NCBI GenBank assembly: GCA_903930565.1
Contig: CAIYZC010000357.1
Span: 4,728 to 68,727, forward strand
Direction: 5' to 3'
DNA length: 64,000 bases
Source: an uncultured Pedosphaera sp.
GTDB lineage: Bacteria; Verrucomicrobiota; Verrucomicrobiia; Limisphaerales; Pedosphaeraceae
The first letter of the stretch is position 1. The number at the start of each line of letters is the position of its first letter. Below the pieces are notes generated by a model, which was not told where the DNA came from, did not search any database, and saw only the letters and a list, made by a program, of their open reading frames with translations. The position numbers were made by a program, and so were the translations under genes. Positions 33,180 to 43,073 of this stretch are shown in pieces.

Positions 33180-33340
33180 GCCGGGCCGGACTGGTGGCGC
33201 GGGCGGGCAGTCCGATCCTGCCGCCCGGGTTCACAAAAAATTACGGGCCACGAGGTTTCCGCTACCGCCTCGACTTGCGGGGGCTTCCTCGATCGGGTGG
33301 ATTGGCGTGTGGAGCCGGCCGTGGCCAGGGCTCGCGGGCA

Positions 33341-33377
33341 TAAAAATGCGGTCGGGAAGCTTTGGCTTCCCGACCGC
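33341..33377 (-). terminator. Rho-independent terminator of CDS 33417..35930 (minus strand)
   Basis: Perfect 13-bp stem gcggtcgggaagc/gcttcccgaccgc (33348-33360 / 33365-33377) with a 4-nt loop. On the minus strand it is followed by AUUUUUA. It lies 39 nt past the stop codon. Confidence 0.75.
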
Positions 33378-33416
33378 TTGGAGTCGGCAGTGAGTGCCTG
33401 GGCGAACGTGTCTCGC

Positions 33417-35930
33417 TTAGCGGACCGCGCGATAGAACTTCGCCGGGCCCGTGGTCGAAACCGTGAGGGGCGAGGCGCCGGTCACGTTGGTGTAGGGGCC
33501 GGTCACGGCGGACGCGGATTGGAGGGTGCCGTTCCAGGTCACCGTCACGGAGCCGGTGCCGTTGGGCGCGATGCTCACCTTGGGGGTGTAGCCAGGCGGG
33601 GCGAGGGGATTCTTGAAGTCCACATAGACGAAGTTGAATTCGCCGTCGCGGAGCGCTTCGATGCCGTCCACCGTGCCGGTGTTGTCCGCTTGGACGAAAC
33701 GGGATTCGATGATGAAGGCGGTGGCCGGGGTGTTGGTGCCGCCGAACTCATAGGAGAGCAGGCTGGTGTCCACCACGTTGGTGTAGCCGCTGGGCTGCTG
33801 GGCCAGGTAGCCCGTGTTCTGGAGCAACAACATGCCGGTGGCGTCGCTCTTGCCGGGGATGGTCACCGCGTAACGGCCGGTGGACAGGTGTTGGACGGTG
33901 AAGCTGCCCGCGCCCTTGATGGTCGTGCCGTTCGTGCCGATATGGCCGGCGACGAGGTTGTCGGCGTTGTACGGCACGTAGAGGAAGGAGAAGCTGCGGC
34001 CGGAGTCATTGCCGCCCGAGGAGGCGTAAATCGTGGGGTCATTCTTGCTGGTTTCGATGTCGCGCACGGCCACATACCAACCGGAACCATCCGCCAGGGC
34101 GGCGTTGTTGGCGAAGGGACCGCGGATGCTGTTGTTTTCGTCGTTGCCGACGGTGAAGAGGATGCCGTCGTTTAGGGAATTCACGCCGGGCAAGCTGAAC
34201 TGGGCCAGACCGGCGTAGGTGCCGTCTTGGTAGGGGTCCAGCCAGGTGAGCAGGAATTGCGGGGAGTTGTAGGCCGATTGGCCGCCGATGATGCTGCCAT
34301 TGCCATCGTATTGGTAGGTGATCCCCGACAGGGCCGCGCCGCTCTGGGAACCCCAGCCATTGCCGAATTTCCAAACCGGCGTCCCGTCGTCTTTGGGATT
34401 GTCAAAGTAGCCGGCCTTCCAGCCCTGTTCATAGGGGAAGTAGGCAATGGAGATGGGAACGGCCGCGCGTTGCAGGTTGCCCGAAGCGGGACCGCCGGGC
34501 AGCGCCGGATTGCCCGTATCACCGGTGACGAGTTTGGTGTGCCGGGTGTAGAGCCAGCCGGAGGTGAAGTGGCCGCCGATCATGTCGTAGGCCTGGGAGG
34601 AAGTGCCGTTGTCCAACTGCATGTAGGTGGCGGCGTGGAAGGCGGGGCTGCCGTCATTCCAAGCGGCACCGTTCTTGTGCACCGTGGAGATGGCGAAACC
34701 GTGCGTCGGGGCCGGGGCGTAGGCTTGGGAGCCGGCCACGGTGAGATCCCCCGCGCTGTAACGATCCCGGTTGGGGTTGGCGTACGGCCCGAAGTTTTGA
34801 TTCGCGGCCACCGGATCCCGGGGGCTCAGTTCAAAGTCGAACGCACCCAGTTGGTAGCGGGGCGCCGAGAAGCCCACCGCGGTTTCCTGCGTGATGAAGT
34901 CCACAATCTCGTCGCGGGACACGCTGCCGAACCCGCCGTTGTTCCAAACAATGGGGGAAGGGGAGCCTTGGGCGGATTGAAGGGTGTTGCCGGGGTAGCC
35001 TTGGCCGTCCGCCGGGAGGCTGACGTAGAAGTTCACCGCCGCCACTTGCTTGGCGGGGAACGGGCCGGGGGCTTGCGTCGGACCCACCAGCGACCCGTTG
35101 GCGGAGGGCAGGCTGGCCAGGGCGGGAGTGGGGCCGTAATCGGAGTAGGTCGAGGTGACGGTGTGCGTGGTGTCGCCAATGTCGTTGTTGTGGGCGACGG
35201 TGGCCAGACCGACGTAGACCGTGGAGCCGAAGTTGGTGCCGACCGGGAGCATCACCAACAACTGCCAGCCGTTCGTGCTCTGCGGGCTGCTGCGCGGCGG
35301 GAAATCCGTTTGGTTCGCCGTGGCGAAATAGCTCATGAGCTTGTTGCCTTGGCGCTGAACGCGCAGCCAGAGGTCCGGATAGGTGCAATAGCCGGCGGCG
35401 GTCGTGTCGCCGCCGTAAATCTGGCCCCGGCCCGGGAGGTCGTCGGTGTCATTCCCCACGGCCACGCGGCCGATGCTCTCGATCTGGCCCTGGCGGCCGG
35501 AAGGCGCGAGCGGCAGGGCATTGATCATGAAATCCGGGCTGGCCGGGCTCAGGCTGGCGCGCACCATCAGCGAGCCTTTGGGGGAATCCTGGCCCTGCGG
35601 ATCCGTGGCCGTCACGTTCAGCACCCGCACGCGGATGTCGAAGTCGCCGGTCACCTGCTGGTAGGCGTAGGTGAAGGAATCCGGATTACTATAGGTGTCC
35701 CCGCCGCCGGCGATGACCGAGATGGAGCCGGTGGGGGCGGCGACGCCCCCGGGGCCGTTGGTGTTGCCGGGGGCGTTGGTCACCACGATGGGTGCGATCG
35801 GGTTGTTGATGTTGGTCAGCGTCAACCCCCAGGGAAAAGCCTGGGAATGCGCCGCGGGCGCAAAGGCCGCCACGCCCGCTGCGGCCAGGAGGGCCAGGGC
35901 GCCACGGGGGCGGATCAATGTTGTTTTCAT
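33417..35930 (-). CDS. Secreted 837-aa protein of unknown function (ConA/LamG-like jelly-roll segment; C-terminal beta-sandwich tail)
   Basis: Signal peptide 'MKTTLIRPRGALALLAAAGVAAFAPAAHS'. 'DFDIRVRVLNVTATDP...GSLMVRASL...DLWLRVQRQGNKLMSYFA' resembles DUF1349/LamG-type domains. Ends '...PAKFYRAVR'. Confidence 0.7.
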   Translation of the reverse strand: MKTTLIRPRGALALLAAAGVAAFAPAAHSQAFPWGLTLTNINNPIAPIVVTNAPGNTNGPGGVAAPTGSISVIAGGGDTYSNPDSFTYAYQQVTGDFDIRVRVLNVTATDPQGQDSPKGSLMVRASLSPASPDFMINALPLAPSGRQGQIESIGRVAVGNDTDDLPGRGQIYGGDTTAAGYCTYPDLWLRVQRQGNKLMSYFATANQTDFPPRSSPQSTNGWQLLVMLPVGTNFGSTVYVGLATVAHNNDIGDTTHTVTSTYSDYGPTPALASLPSANGSLVGPTQAPGPFPAKQVAAVNFYVSLPADGQGYPGNTLQSAQGSPSPIVWNNGGFGSVSRDEIVDFITQETAVGFSAPRYQLGAFDFELSPRDPVAANQNFGPYANPNRDRYSAGDLTVAGSQAYAPAPTHGFAISTVHKNGAAWNDGSPAFHAATYMQLDNGTSSQAYDMIGGHFTSGWLYTRHTKLVTGDTGNPALPGGPASGNLQRAAVPISIAYFPYEQGWKAGYFDNPKDDGTPVWKFGNGWGSQSGAALSGITYQYDGNGSIIGGQSAYNSPQFLLTWLDPYQDGTYAGLAQFSLPGVNSLNDGILFTVGNDENNSIRGPFANNAALADGSGWYVAVRDIETSKNDPTIYASSGGNDSGRSFSFLYVPYNADNLVAGHIGTNGTTIKGAGSFTVQHLSTGRYAVTIPGKSDATGMLLLQNTGYLAQQPSGYTNVVDTSLLSYEFGGTNTPATAFIIESRFVQADNTGTVDGIEALRDGEFNFVYVDFKNPLAPPGYTPKVSIAPNGTGSVTVTWNGTLQSASAVTGPYTNVTGASPLTVSTTGPAKFYRAVR

Positions 35931-36164
35931 ATTCTTTGGCTAAGGGTCGGGTTCGAGGTTGCTTTCAGGTTAATCAATGAACTTGTCCGCCCGCGGTGGC
36001 GGGGGGACGGCCCATTTTCGCCCTTTCGGACGAATCATCCAAGTCCATTATCGAGCCTTGTATTGCAATCGGATGGTGATCAAGTAACGATTGGGAGAAC
36101 CCGCCCCCGCCCGTTCTCACCGGCACGGCCGGGGTGGTGCGGGCCGGCGCGCTATCGAAGGGGC

Positions 36165-36193
36165 TTGACGGCCCCCTTTGCCACGCGGATAAC
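36165..36193 (+). promoter_or_regulatory. Candidate promoter (TTGACG - 17 nt - GATAAC) upstream of the YfhO-like gene
   Basis: Hexamers read directly, about 65 nt upstream of ATG 36258. Confidence 0.35.
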
Positions 36194-36257
36194 CACCCGG
36201 TCGCCGGCGGCCCGGTGCAGCACATGCCCGTTTTTGTCCACAGCTTGAAGTTAGACC

Positions 36258-38642
36258 ATGCGTCCCCGGCGGAATAATTCAACCTCCGTGCCGTCCCGGC
36301 CGGCCGCTCCCGCTGCCGGCGTCCCCGCCGCCGGCAGCGGCGAAGCCTGGTTTTCCCCCGGCCGGTGTGCCTTGCTCATCGGCGCGCTGCTGGTGCTGTC
36401 CTTCCCCGGGGTGTTCAGCGGCCAGGAGACTTTTTTTTACCGGGATTTCGGCAATTTCGCCTATCCGGCGGCGCTGTTTCACCAGGAATCCTTTTGGCGC
36501 GGCGAACTGCCGCTGTGGAATCCACTCAATTACTGCGGCATTCCCTTTCTGGCCCAATGGAACACGCTCACCTTGTACCCTCCCGCGCTGCTTTACTTGG
36601 TGTTCCCGCTCACTTGGTCCCTGGGGGTGTTCTGTTTGGCGCACTGGTGGTTCGGCGGGCTGGGGATGTATTACCTGGCGCGGCGGTGGACCCGGAGCGC
36701 TCCGGGCGCGACGATCGCGGCGGTGGTCTTCGCGTTCAACGGGGTGTCCTGGCATTGTGTGGCGCTCCCAAATTATCTGGTGGGGCTGGGATGGTTGCCG
36801 TGGGTGCTGCTGGCGGTGGATGAGGTGGTGCACCGGGGGGGCGCGGGCGGGCGGCGGTCGATCGTGCTCACCGGGCTGGCCGGTGGAATGCAGATGTTGT
36901 CCGGGGCGCCTGAGGTGATTTTGGTGACTTGGTTTTGCGCGGGGGTGCTGACCCTGCGGGAAGTGATCGCCGGGACGGTGCGCGGCGCCGGCATCACCCG
37001 GTTGCTCGGGGCGGGGCTGTTGGTGGCCGCGCTGGCGGCGGCCCAGTTGCTGCCCTTCCTGCAATTGGTCGGCGCGGCGCAGCGGGATGCCGCCTTCGGC
37101 GGCGTGGGGGACACGCAGGGGGCGATGCCGGCCTCGGGTTGGGCCAATTACTTTGTTCCGTTGTTCCACCTGTTCCGCACGCCCCAGGGCGCCTGGGTCC
37201 AACGGCACCAAGTTTACTTCGGCTCGTATTACCTCGGTTTGGCCACGATTGCGCTGGCGGGGCTGGCCGTCGCGCGGGTGCGGGACACCCGCTGGCGCTG
37301 GCTCGGCGCGGTGGCCTTGGCCGGTGTGGTGCTGGCCATGGGGGATCATGGCGGGGTTTATCCCGTGTTGAAACGGCTCATTCCGCCGCTGGGCATGTTC
37401 CGGTTTCCGGTGAAATTCACCCTGCTCCCCGTGGTGGCCGCGCCCCTCCTCACCGCGGCGGCGGTGGGTTGGGTGCTCGGGGTGGGGGCGGCGGACTGGC
37501 CGCGGGCGCGCCGTTGGCTTTGGGGTGCGGCGAGCCTGGCGATCGCGGTGGCCGCGGGTGTTGTCGCCCAAGCTTGGTTCGCGCCGCTGGCCGGGGATGA
37601 ACCCCGGCAAGTGGCGGCCAACGCCATCTTGCGCGCCGGCTTTCTGGTGGCGGTCATCGCCTGTCTCGCCGGCCTCCGGGAGTTCGATCCCCGGGATCGT
37701 CGCCAACTCCGCAACGCCCTCCTGCTGCCGGCCTTGTTTTGGTTTGATATCTACACCCACCAACCCATGGTGGGGCCGACGATCACCACCACGGTTTACG
37801 AGCCGGACACCGTGCGGGAACAGTTCCACTGGACCAACTCGATGCACGTGGGCGAAGGGCGCGCCCTGCAGGGCCTGGCATCCATGAACCAATTGGTTTC
37901 CACCCCCCTGCCCGATCCGGTCATTGATTTCAACAGCCGCCGGCTGTGTCTGTATTCCGATTACAACGGTCTGGATCACGTGCCCAAGCTCGACGGCAAT
38001 TTCGCGCTCTATCCCCGCGAAATCCATGAATTGATCGCGCGGCTCTACACCGCCCGAACCGAACCCGTGCCGCTGGAGGATTTCCTGGGGGTGGCCCAGG
38101 TGAGTGATCCCGCCAATCCGGTGGGCTGGGTGGCGCGGACCAATTTTCTGCCCTTGGTGACCATCGGCCAGGAGCCGCGGTTCGAGTCCGCGTCCAATGC
38201 CCTGCGCGTGGTCACCGCGCCGGACTTCCAGCCGCGGGCGGAGGTGCTCTTGCCCGTCGCCGCCGCCCGCTTGGTGGTGGCGAAACGCAGTCCGGATGCC
38301 CGGGTGCTCACGGTGACCAACACCCAGCAGGAAATCACCGCCGAGGTTTCGAGCCCCGGCCCGGCCATGGTGGTCGTGGCCCAGACCGATTATCCCGCCT
38401 GGCGCGCCGAAGTGGACGGTCAACCGGCTGTCTTGTGGCGCGCCAATTACGCCTTCCAAGCGCTCGCCGTGCCGCCGGGCAAACATTTGGTGCGCCTTTA
38501 TTATCAGGACTCCGTCTTCCTCACGGGGGTGGTGGTATCGTTGCTCGCGCTGGTGGGCTGCCTCGTGGTGGGGCGGTTGAGTCCGGAGGAGCCCGCCGCG
38601 GTCGCCGCCGCCCCTTGCCACCCCCCTTCGCCCCATGTTTGA
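36258..38642 (+). CDS. YfhO-family polytopic membrane protein (putative glycosyltransferase)
   Basis: 'FFYRDFGNFAYPAALFHQESFWRGELPLWNPLNYCGIPFLAQW' and multiple TM segments are typical of YfhO. A C-terminal TM helix follows a beta-rich domain. Confidence 0.7.
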   Translation: MRPRRNNSTSVPSRPAAPAAGVPAAGSGEAWFSPGRCALLIGALLVLSFPGVFSGQETFFYRDFGNFAYPAALFHQESFWRGELPLWNPLNYCGIPFLAQWNTLTLYPPALLYLVFPLTWSLGVFCLAHWWFGGLGMYYLARRWTRSAPGATIAAVVFAFNGVSWHCVALPNYLVGLGWLPWVLLAVDEVVHRGGAGGRRSIVLTGLAGGMQMLSGAPEVILVTWFCAGVLTLREVIAGTVRGAGITRLLGAGLLVAALAAAQLLPFLQLVGAAQRDAAFGGVGDTQGAMPASGWANYFVPLFHLFRTPQGAWVQRHQVYFGSYYLGLATIALAGLAVARVRDTRWRWLGAVALAGVVLAMGDHGGVYPVLKRLIPPLGMFRFPVKFTLLPVVAAPLLTAAAVGWVLGVGAADWPRARRWLWGAASLAIAVAAGVVAQAWFAPLAGDEPRQVAANAILRAGFLVAVIACLAGLREFDPRDRRQLRNALLLPALFWFDIYTHQPMVGPTITTTVYEPDTVREQFHWTNSMHVGEGRALQGLASMNQLVSTPLPDPVIDFNSRRLCLYSDYNGLDHVPKLDGNFALYPREIHELIARLYTARTEPVPLEDFLGVAQVSDPANPVGWVARTNFLPLVTIGQEPRFESASNALRVVTAPDFQPRAEVLLPVAAARLVVAKRSPDARVLTVTNTQQEITAEVSSPGPAMVVVAQTDYPAWRAEVDGQPAVLWRANYAFQALAVPPGKHLVRLYYQDSVFLTGVVVSLLALVGCLVVGRLSPEEPAAVAAAPCHPPSPHV

Positions 38643-39312
38643 CCTCGACCCCGCCGCCTTGGCCGCCCGCGCCCGCACGTCCGGCGGCGCCCCCCGTGTT
38701 CCCGGCCTCGCCGACTCGCTCTTGCGCGGCACGCTGGGGTTCTCGTTGGTGAGTCTGGGCGGGTTCGGTCCCTGGGTGTTGACGAGCCGCTGGTTCCACC
38801 AACACGGTGGCGAAGGCGCCATGTACGCCGCCTGCGCGGTGGTGTTCATTGCTTTGAGCGGATGGTTGCTGCACCCCCTGATTATCGGTCCGGGTAACTT
38901 GCGGAGATTCTACCAAGTATTCGGCTTGGGGTTTGGCCTCTACGCGATCGGTTGGACCGGGGGCTGGATGGCCTGGGGGGGCACCACCGGCAGTCTGGCC
39001 GGCCTTGCGCTCGGGACCGCCGCGATGGGCTGGGTGTTCGCGCGGACGTTCCGCTGCCCCGGCCGTTGGCCGGCTCTGGCCTTGATTCTGTTTGCCGGCA
39101 ACACGTTGGGTTATTTCGCCGGCGACTGGGCGCACGTCGCCGTGCTCCATGCGGGCGGCGGTCTGATCCCCCCGGGCTATATCATGGCGGCCAAAGCCGT
39201 CTGGGGATTGGCTTACGGGTTGGGATTCGGGGCCGGTATTGGGCTGGTGATCTACCAGTGCCAGACGGCCGCGCGGCAACTGCTCCGCGCCGCGCCGCCG
39301 GGCGCCCGTTGA
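38635..39312 (+). CDS. Hypothetical polytopic membrane protein
   Basis: ATG overlaps the upstream stop (ATGTTTGA). About 5-6 Gly/Trp-rich hydrophobic segments. No recognised motif. Confidence 0.5.
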   Translation: MFDLDPAALAARARTSGGAPRVPGLADSLLRGTLGFSLVSLGGFGPWVLTSRWFHQHGGEGAMYAACAVVFIALSGWLLHPLIIGPGNLRRFYQVFGLGFGLYAIGWTGGWMAWGGTTGSLAGLALGTAAMGWVFARTFRCPGRWPALALILFAGNTLGYFAGDWAHVAVLHAGGGLIPPGYIMAAKAVWGLAYGLGFGAGIGLVIYQCQTAARQLLRAAPPGAR

Positions 39313-39344
39313 ACGGCGCACCCCCTGGTGGTGTCCAAGGGCGC

Positions 39345-40049
39345 ATGAAGAATACGTTTTTCACGCGGCCCTACTGGCGCCGTTTTCTCCGCGAGGAAGC
39401 CCGTCCGCTCCTGATTCTTTGCCTCATTATCTTCTCCCTGCGGTCCGCGATCGCGGATTGGAATGACGTGCCCACCGGCTCCATGAAGCCCACGATCCTC
39501 GAGGGCGACCGCGTGTGGGTGAACAAACTGGCGTACGACCTCAAAGTGCCGTTCACCACGCATCACCTCGCCGAGTGGGGCGCTCCTTCCCGGGGCGAAA
39601 TTGTGGTCTTCTTTTCGCCGGCGGACGGGCAGCGCCTCGTCAAGCGCGTCGTGGGGCTGCCCGGCGACCAAATTGAGATGGTCAACGAACAACTGCTCGT
39701 CAACGGCCGGGCCGTGACCTATGGCCCGCTCGCGCCCGCCACCGTCGCGGAAATCCCGGCCGCCGAGCAACCGGCCCACCAATTCGCCGCCGAATCGTTG
39801 GGCGGGCATGTGCATGCCGTGATGGTCACGCCCGCCCTGCCGGCCCGGCGCAGTTTCGGCCCGGTAACCGTGCCCGCGGAGCAATACTTCATGCTGGGCG
39901 ACAATCGCGACAACAGCTTCGATTCCCGCTATTACGGTCCGGTGGCCCGCTCCCAAATTGTCGGGCGCGCCTCGGCCGTGGTAATGTCGCTGGATCGTTC
40001 GGATTACTGGCTCCCCCGGTGGCACCGGTTTTTCACCAGTTTGCCTTGA
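39345..40049 (+). CDS. lepB: Signal peptidase I
   Basis: 'PTGSMKPTI' (catalytic Ser), 'KRVVGLPGD' (catalytic Lys) and 'GDNRDNSFDSRYYG'. Confidence 0.9.
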   Translation: MKNTFFTRPYWRRFLREEARPLLILCLIIFSLRSAIADWNDVPTGSMKPTILEGDRVWVNKLAYDLKVPFTTHHLAEWGAPSRGEIVVFFSPADGQRLVKRVVGLPGDQIEMVNEQLLVNGRAVTYGPLAPATVAEIPAAEQPAHQFAAESLGGHVHAVMVTPALPARRSFGPVTVPAEQYFMLGDNRDNSFDSRYYGPVARSQIVGRASAVVMSLDRSDYWLPRWHRFFTSLP

Positions 40050-40122
40050 TCCGTTTGGGCGGAGAACATTGGCGGCGGGGTGAAAGGGTTGCCGCGCGGA
40101 GGGAAACGGGGTAGTTTACGGC

Positions 40123-41127
40123 ATGATTGAATTGGTCGACGGGCAACAATTTGGGGTGGACCGGATGCCGACGCGGGCGGGGACGCCGCCGGCGCGGTTG
40201 GACGCGCTGGGCCGGGAAATTCTGGCGCTCAAAAAGCGGCTCAATGCGGTGATTCTCGCCCATAATTACCAAGTGCCGGAGATTCAGGATTTGGCCGATT
40301 TTGTGGGTGATTCCCTGGGGTTGTCGCAGCAGGCGGCCAAAACCAGCGCCGATGTGATCGTGTTCTGCGGGGTGCATTTCATGGCGGAAACAGCCAAGAT
40401 TTTGAACCCCGGCAAGATCGTGGTGCTGCCGGACCGGGACGCCGGGTGTTCATTGGAGGAAAGCTGCCCGGCGGACAAATTGGCGCGGTTGCAGGCCACC
40501 AATCCCAAGTTCTACACCGTCACCTACATCAATTGCAGCGCGGAGGTGAAAGCGCTGAGCGACGTGATTTGCACCAGCGGCAACGCGGTGAAGATTGTCA
40601 ACGCCGCACCGGCCGACCGGGATTTGCTCTTCGTGCCCGACGAAAACCTCGGCGCGTGGGTCATGGAGCAAACGGGGCGGCCCATGACCTTGTGGCGGGG
40701 GAATTGCTACGCGCATGTGGAGTTCACCCACGCCAGTATCTCGCGCATCCGGCAGGATCATCCGGGCGCGCCGATCGTCGCGCACCCCGAATGCACCCGG
40801 GCGGTGCGGTTGTTGGCCGACGAAATCTGCTCGACGGAGAAGATGGTCACCTATTGCAAACAGTCGGCGGCCCGGGAGTTCATCATCGCCACGGAGGCGG
40901 GGATGTTGCATCGCTTGCAGCGGGAGTGTCCGGACAAAAAGTTCATCCCGGCGCCAACGGACCACTGCAAGTGCAACGAGTGTCGGTTCATGAAAATGAA
41001 CACCCTCGAAAAACTCCACGACTGCATGCTCAACTTGGCCCCGCGCGTGGAACTCAGCCCGGAAATCATCGCCCGGGCCCGGGCGCCGATTGAGCGGATG
41101 CTGGAGATTTCGGCGCGGCCCGCTTAG
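40123..41127 (+). CDS. nadA: Quinolinate synthase
   Basis: 'AVILAHNYQVPEIQDLADFVGDSLGLS', 'GVHFMAETAKILNP', 'HPEC' and 'ATEAGMLHRL' motifs. Confidence 0.9.
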   Translation: MIELVDGQQFGVDRMPTRAGTPPARLDALGREILALKKRLNAVILAHNYQVPEIQDLADFVGDSLGLSQQAAKTSADVIVFCGVHFMAETAKILNPGKIVVLPDRDAGCSLEESCPADKLARLQATNPKFYTVTYINCSAEVKALSDVICTSGNAVKIVNAAPADRDLLFVPDENLGAWVMEQTGRPMTLWRGNCYAHVEFTHASISRIRQDHPGAPIVAHPECTRAVRLLADEICSTEKMVTYCKQSAAREFIIATEAGMLHRLQRECPDKKFIPAPTDHCKCNECRFMKMNTLEKLHDCMLNLAPRVELSPEIIARARAPIERMLEISARPA

Positions 41128-41900
41128 GCGCGCCTACCCGCTGCCGCCTTGCGATTGTAGGCGACCGCATCGGCGTAGCGCACGCCGGTGCCGCCAAAAA
41201 TGTCCAAGGCGGAGCCGATCGTGAGGTGGACGCGGCCGCCGCTCAGGCGGTCGACCGTCTCCAAGTCCGCCAATGAACTCGCTCCCCCGGCGTAGGTCGC
41301 GGGGAGTGACGACCACTCGGCCAACCGCGTGACCAGCTCCGTGTCGATGCCCCGGCACAAGCCTTCCACATCCACGGCGTGGACCAGGAATTCCGCGCAA
41401 TAGGCGGCGAGTTGTTCGATCGCGGCGGGACCGACCGCCAGTTCCGTGAACTTTTGCCAGCGGTCGGTCACAACCCAATATTGGCCGTCCCTTTTTCGGC
41501 AGCTCAAATCCAGCACCAAACGTTCCCGGCCAATCGCCTGGACCAACGCGGCGAGGCGTTCCCAATCCACCCGGCCGTCGCGGAACACCCACGAGGTGAC
41601 GATGACCTGCGAAGCGCCGGCATCCAGGTACGCCGCGGCGTTGCCGAGGTTGATGCCGCCCCCGACTTGCAGCCCCCCGGGGTAGGCTCGCAAGGCCGCC
41701 TTGGCCGCCGCTTCATTGCCGGGACCCAGCAGGATCACGTGGCCGCCGGTCAAACCGTCGCGGCGGTAAAGGTCGGCGTAATACTCGGCCCCGCGTTCCG
41801 AGATGAAATTGGTCCGCAGCCCGGCGGACGACTCCCCGAGGGTGCCGCCGACAATCTGTTTGACTTTGCCTTCATGCAGATCAATGCAGGGACGAAACAT
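41124..41900 (-). CDS. hisA: Phosphoribosylformimino-5-aminoimidazole carboxamide ribotide isomerase, eukaryote-type (His6-like)
   Basis: 'MFRPCIDLHEGKVKQIVGGTL' and 'GGLQVGGGIN' match the His6/TIGR02129-type HisA rather than the classical bacterial HisA. Confidence 0.7.
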   Translation of the reverse strand: MFRPCIDLHEGKVKQIVGGTLGESSAGLRTNFISERGAEYYADLYRRDGLTGGHVILLGPGNEAAAKAALRAYPGGLQVGGGINLGNAAAYLDAGASQVIVTSWVFRDGRVDWERLAALVQAIGRERLVLDLSCRKRDGQYWVVTDRWQKFTELAVGPAAIEQLAAYCAEFLVHAVDVEGLCRGIDTELVTRLAEWSSLPATYAGGASSLADLETVDRLSGGRVHLTIGSALDIFGGTGVRYADAVAYNRKAAAGRRA

Positions 41901-41977
41901 GGCGCCAAGCTAATCGATACCCCGGGGGGCGTCGAGGCGGCAGTCGGGGCTGTTGACGCTTGGAGTGGGCGGATTTC

Positions 41978-42571
41978 TTAATTCTCGTGGTGCGCGGGGC
42001 GCACGGGACCGCTGATTTGGCCCGTTCGGGTGTCGATTTCAACCGTGTCCCCGGCGGCGCATTCCGCGGGCACCACCACCGGCTGGCGGCAGCCGCGCAG
42101 CGCGGCGAGTTTGCGGCCGGTCGGATATTGGCTCGCGCGACCGGGCGCTTCGGTGGTGGCGATGACGCGTTGGACCCGGGGGGGAAGTTCGACCGCCACC
42201 GCCCGGCCTTCATAGAACAGCAGGGTCACCGGTTCCAGCATGGCGGGCTCCAAGTAACTGGCCCGGGAACCAAACGCTTCCGCGGGCAGTTCATATTCCT
42301 GATCCTGCCCGTCGGTGAAAACGCACCCAAAATCGGCACTCCGGCAGATCCGGCAACCGGGTTTGCGTTCCAACGGCAGGGATTCAAAGCTGGTGGTGGC
42401 CGCGCACAAGCAAGGTCCGGCCGCCTGTCCGGTCCGCAGGTTGCGCAATTGCAACCGCACCCAGGTGGCCGCCGGACCGTGCCACATCCATTCGATCCGC
42501 AAGACCCGCATCGGATCTTCCCCGAGCTGGATGACATCCCCCGAATGCAAGTATTCCGCAGTTTGTTTCAT
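41978..42571 (-). CDS. Divergent elongation factor P paralog (Lys34-equivalent replaced, Cys-rich domain II)
   Basis: 197 aa. It aligns by eye with E. coli EF-P along its length. For example, 'TEAPGRASQYPTGRKLAALRGCRQPVVVPAECAAGDTVEIDTRTGQ' corresponds to '[45 protein letters not shown]'. The loop 'VKPGKGQAF' reads 'MWHGPAATW'. Confidence 0.75.
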   Translation of the reverse strand: MKQTAEYLHSGDVIQLGEDPMRVLRIEWMWHGPAATWVRLQLRNLRTGQAAGPCLCAATTSFESLPLERKPGCRICRSADFGCVFTDGQDQEYELPAEAFGSRASYLEPAMLEPVTLLFYEGRAVAVELPPRVQRVIATTEAPGRASQYPTGRKLAALRGCRQPVVVPAECAAGDTVEIDTRTGQISGPVRPAHHEN

Positions 42572-43006
42572 GATGGATTCGGGTTGTCTTGGTTTTAATC
42601 GGTTCACGTTGACTATTTGGCTCGTTGCCATCTTCGATTTAGCAGCCCCCGTGCCGGCGGCGACCCTCCGCCCTGTCACTGCGGTGGGGAGCCCATGCCG
42701 GGCGCCGGCCGTGGACGGAGAAAGGGCCTGAATACGGTCATATGGAGGGGGACGACCCACGATTGGATTTCGCTGGTCCGGCGCGACGCGCGAAACCGGT
42801 AACCCCCAATGGACGGTATTGCATGTCCGTTGAAATGCATTGGCGTGGCAATTGCAATGCCTCCGATGCCAAAGCGGAGGTGGCCGGAATTGGCGCCGGC
42901 AAAGGCGGCCGACCCAGCGCAAAGGCCAGGCCATCCCATGTTTTGGGCCTCCACAGTGTGGGGTCAAACCATAGTATGGCCTGGCTTTATTGGTTCAGCA
43001 GGGGAC

Positions 43007-43043
43007 AAAAAAAGGCCCCGCCGCGCGAGGGCGCGCGGCGGGG
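43007..43043 (-). terminator. Rho-independent terminator of htrA (minus strand)
   Basis: Perfect 12-bp GC stem ccccgccgcgcg/cgcgcggcgggg (43016-43027 / 43032-43043). On the minus strand it is followed by a run of 7 U (A-run at 43007-43013). It lies about 30 nt past the stop. Confidence 0.85.
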
Positions 43044-43073
43044 CGGCGGGGAAGTTCGGCGGACCTTGCTTGC

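Noticed and set aside
33200-33227. GC-rich hairpin cgggcgggcag/ctgccgcccg just after the PAP2-like gene, as a possible terminator.
   Set aside because: The stem is imperfect (one bulge). On the plus strand it is followed by 'ggttcacaaaaaa' (an A-run, not a U-run). On the minus strand the U-run would precede the hairpin. It is therefore not called as an intrinsic terminator.
42572-43004. 430-nt gap between the htrA terminator and the EF-P-like gene, inspected on both strands for an sRNA, tRNA or small gene (ORFs 42676..42954(-) and 42742..43257(+)).
   Set aside because: I recognised no conserved RNA motif (tmRNA, 6S, RNase P, SRP) or convincing promoter/terminator pair. The ORFs have no recognisable motifs, and one runs antisense into htrA. 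The region is left unannotated, not shown to be empty.
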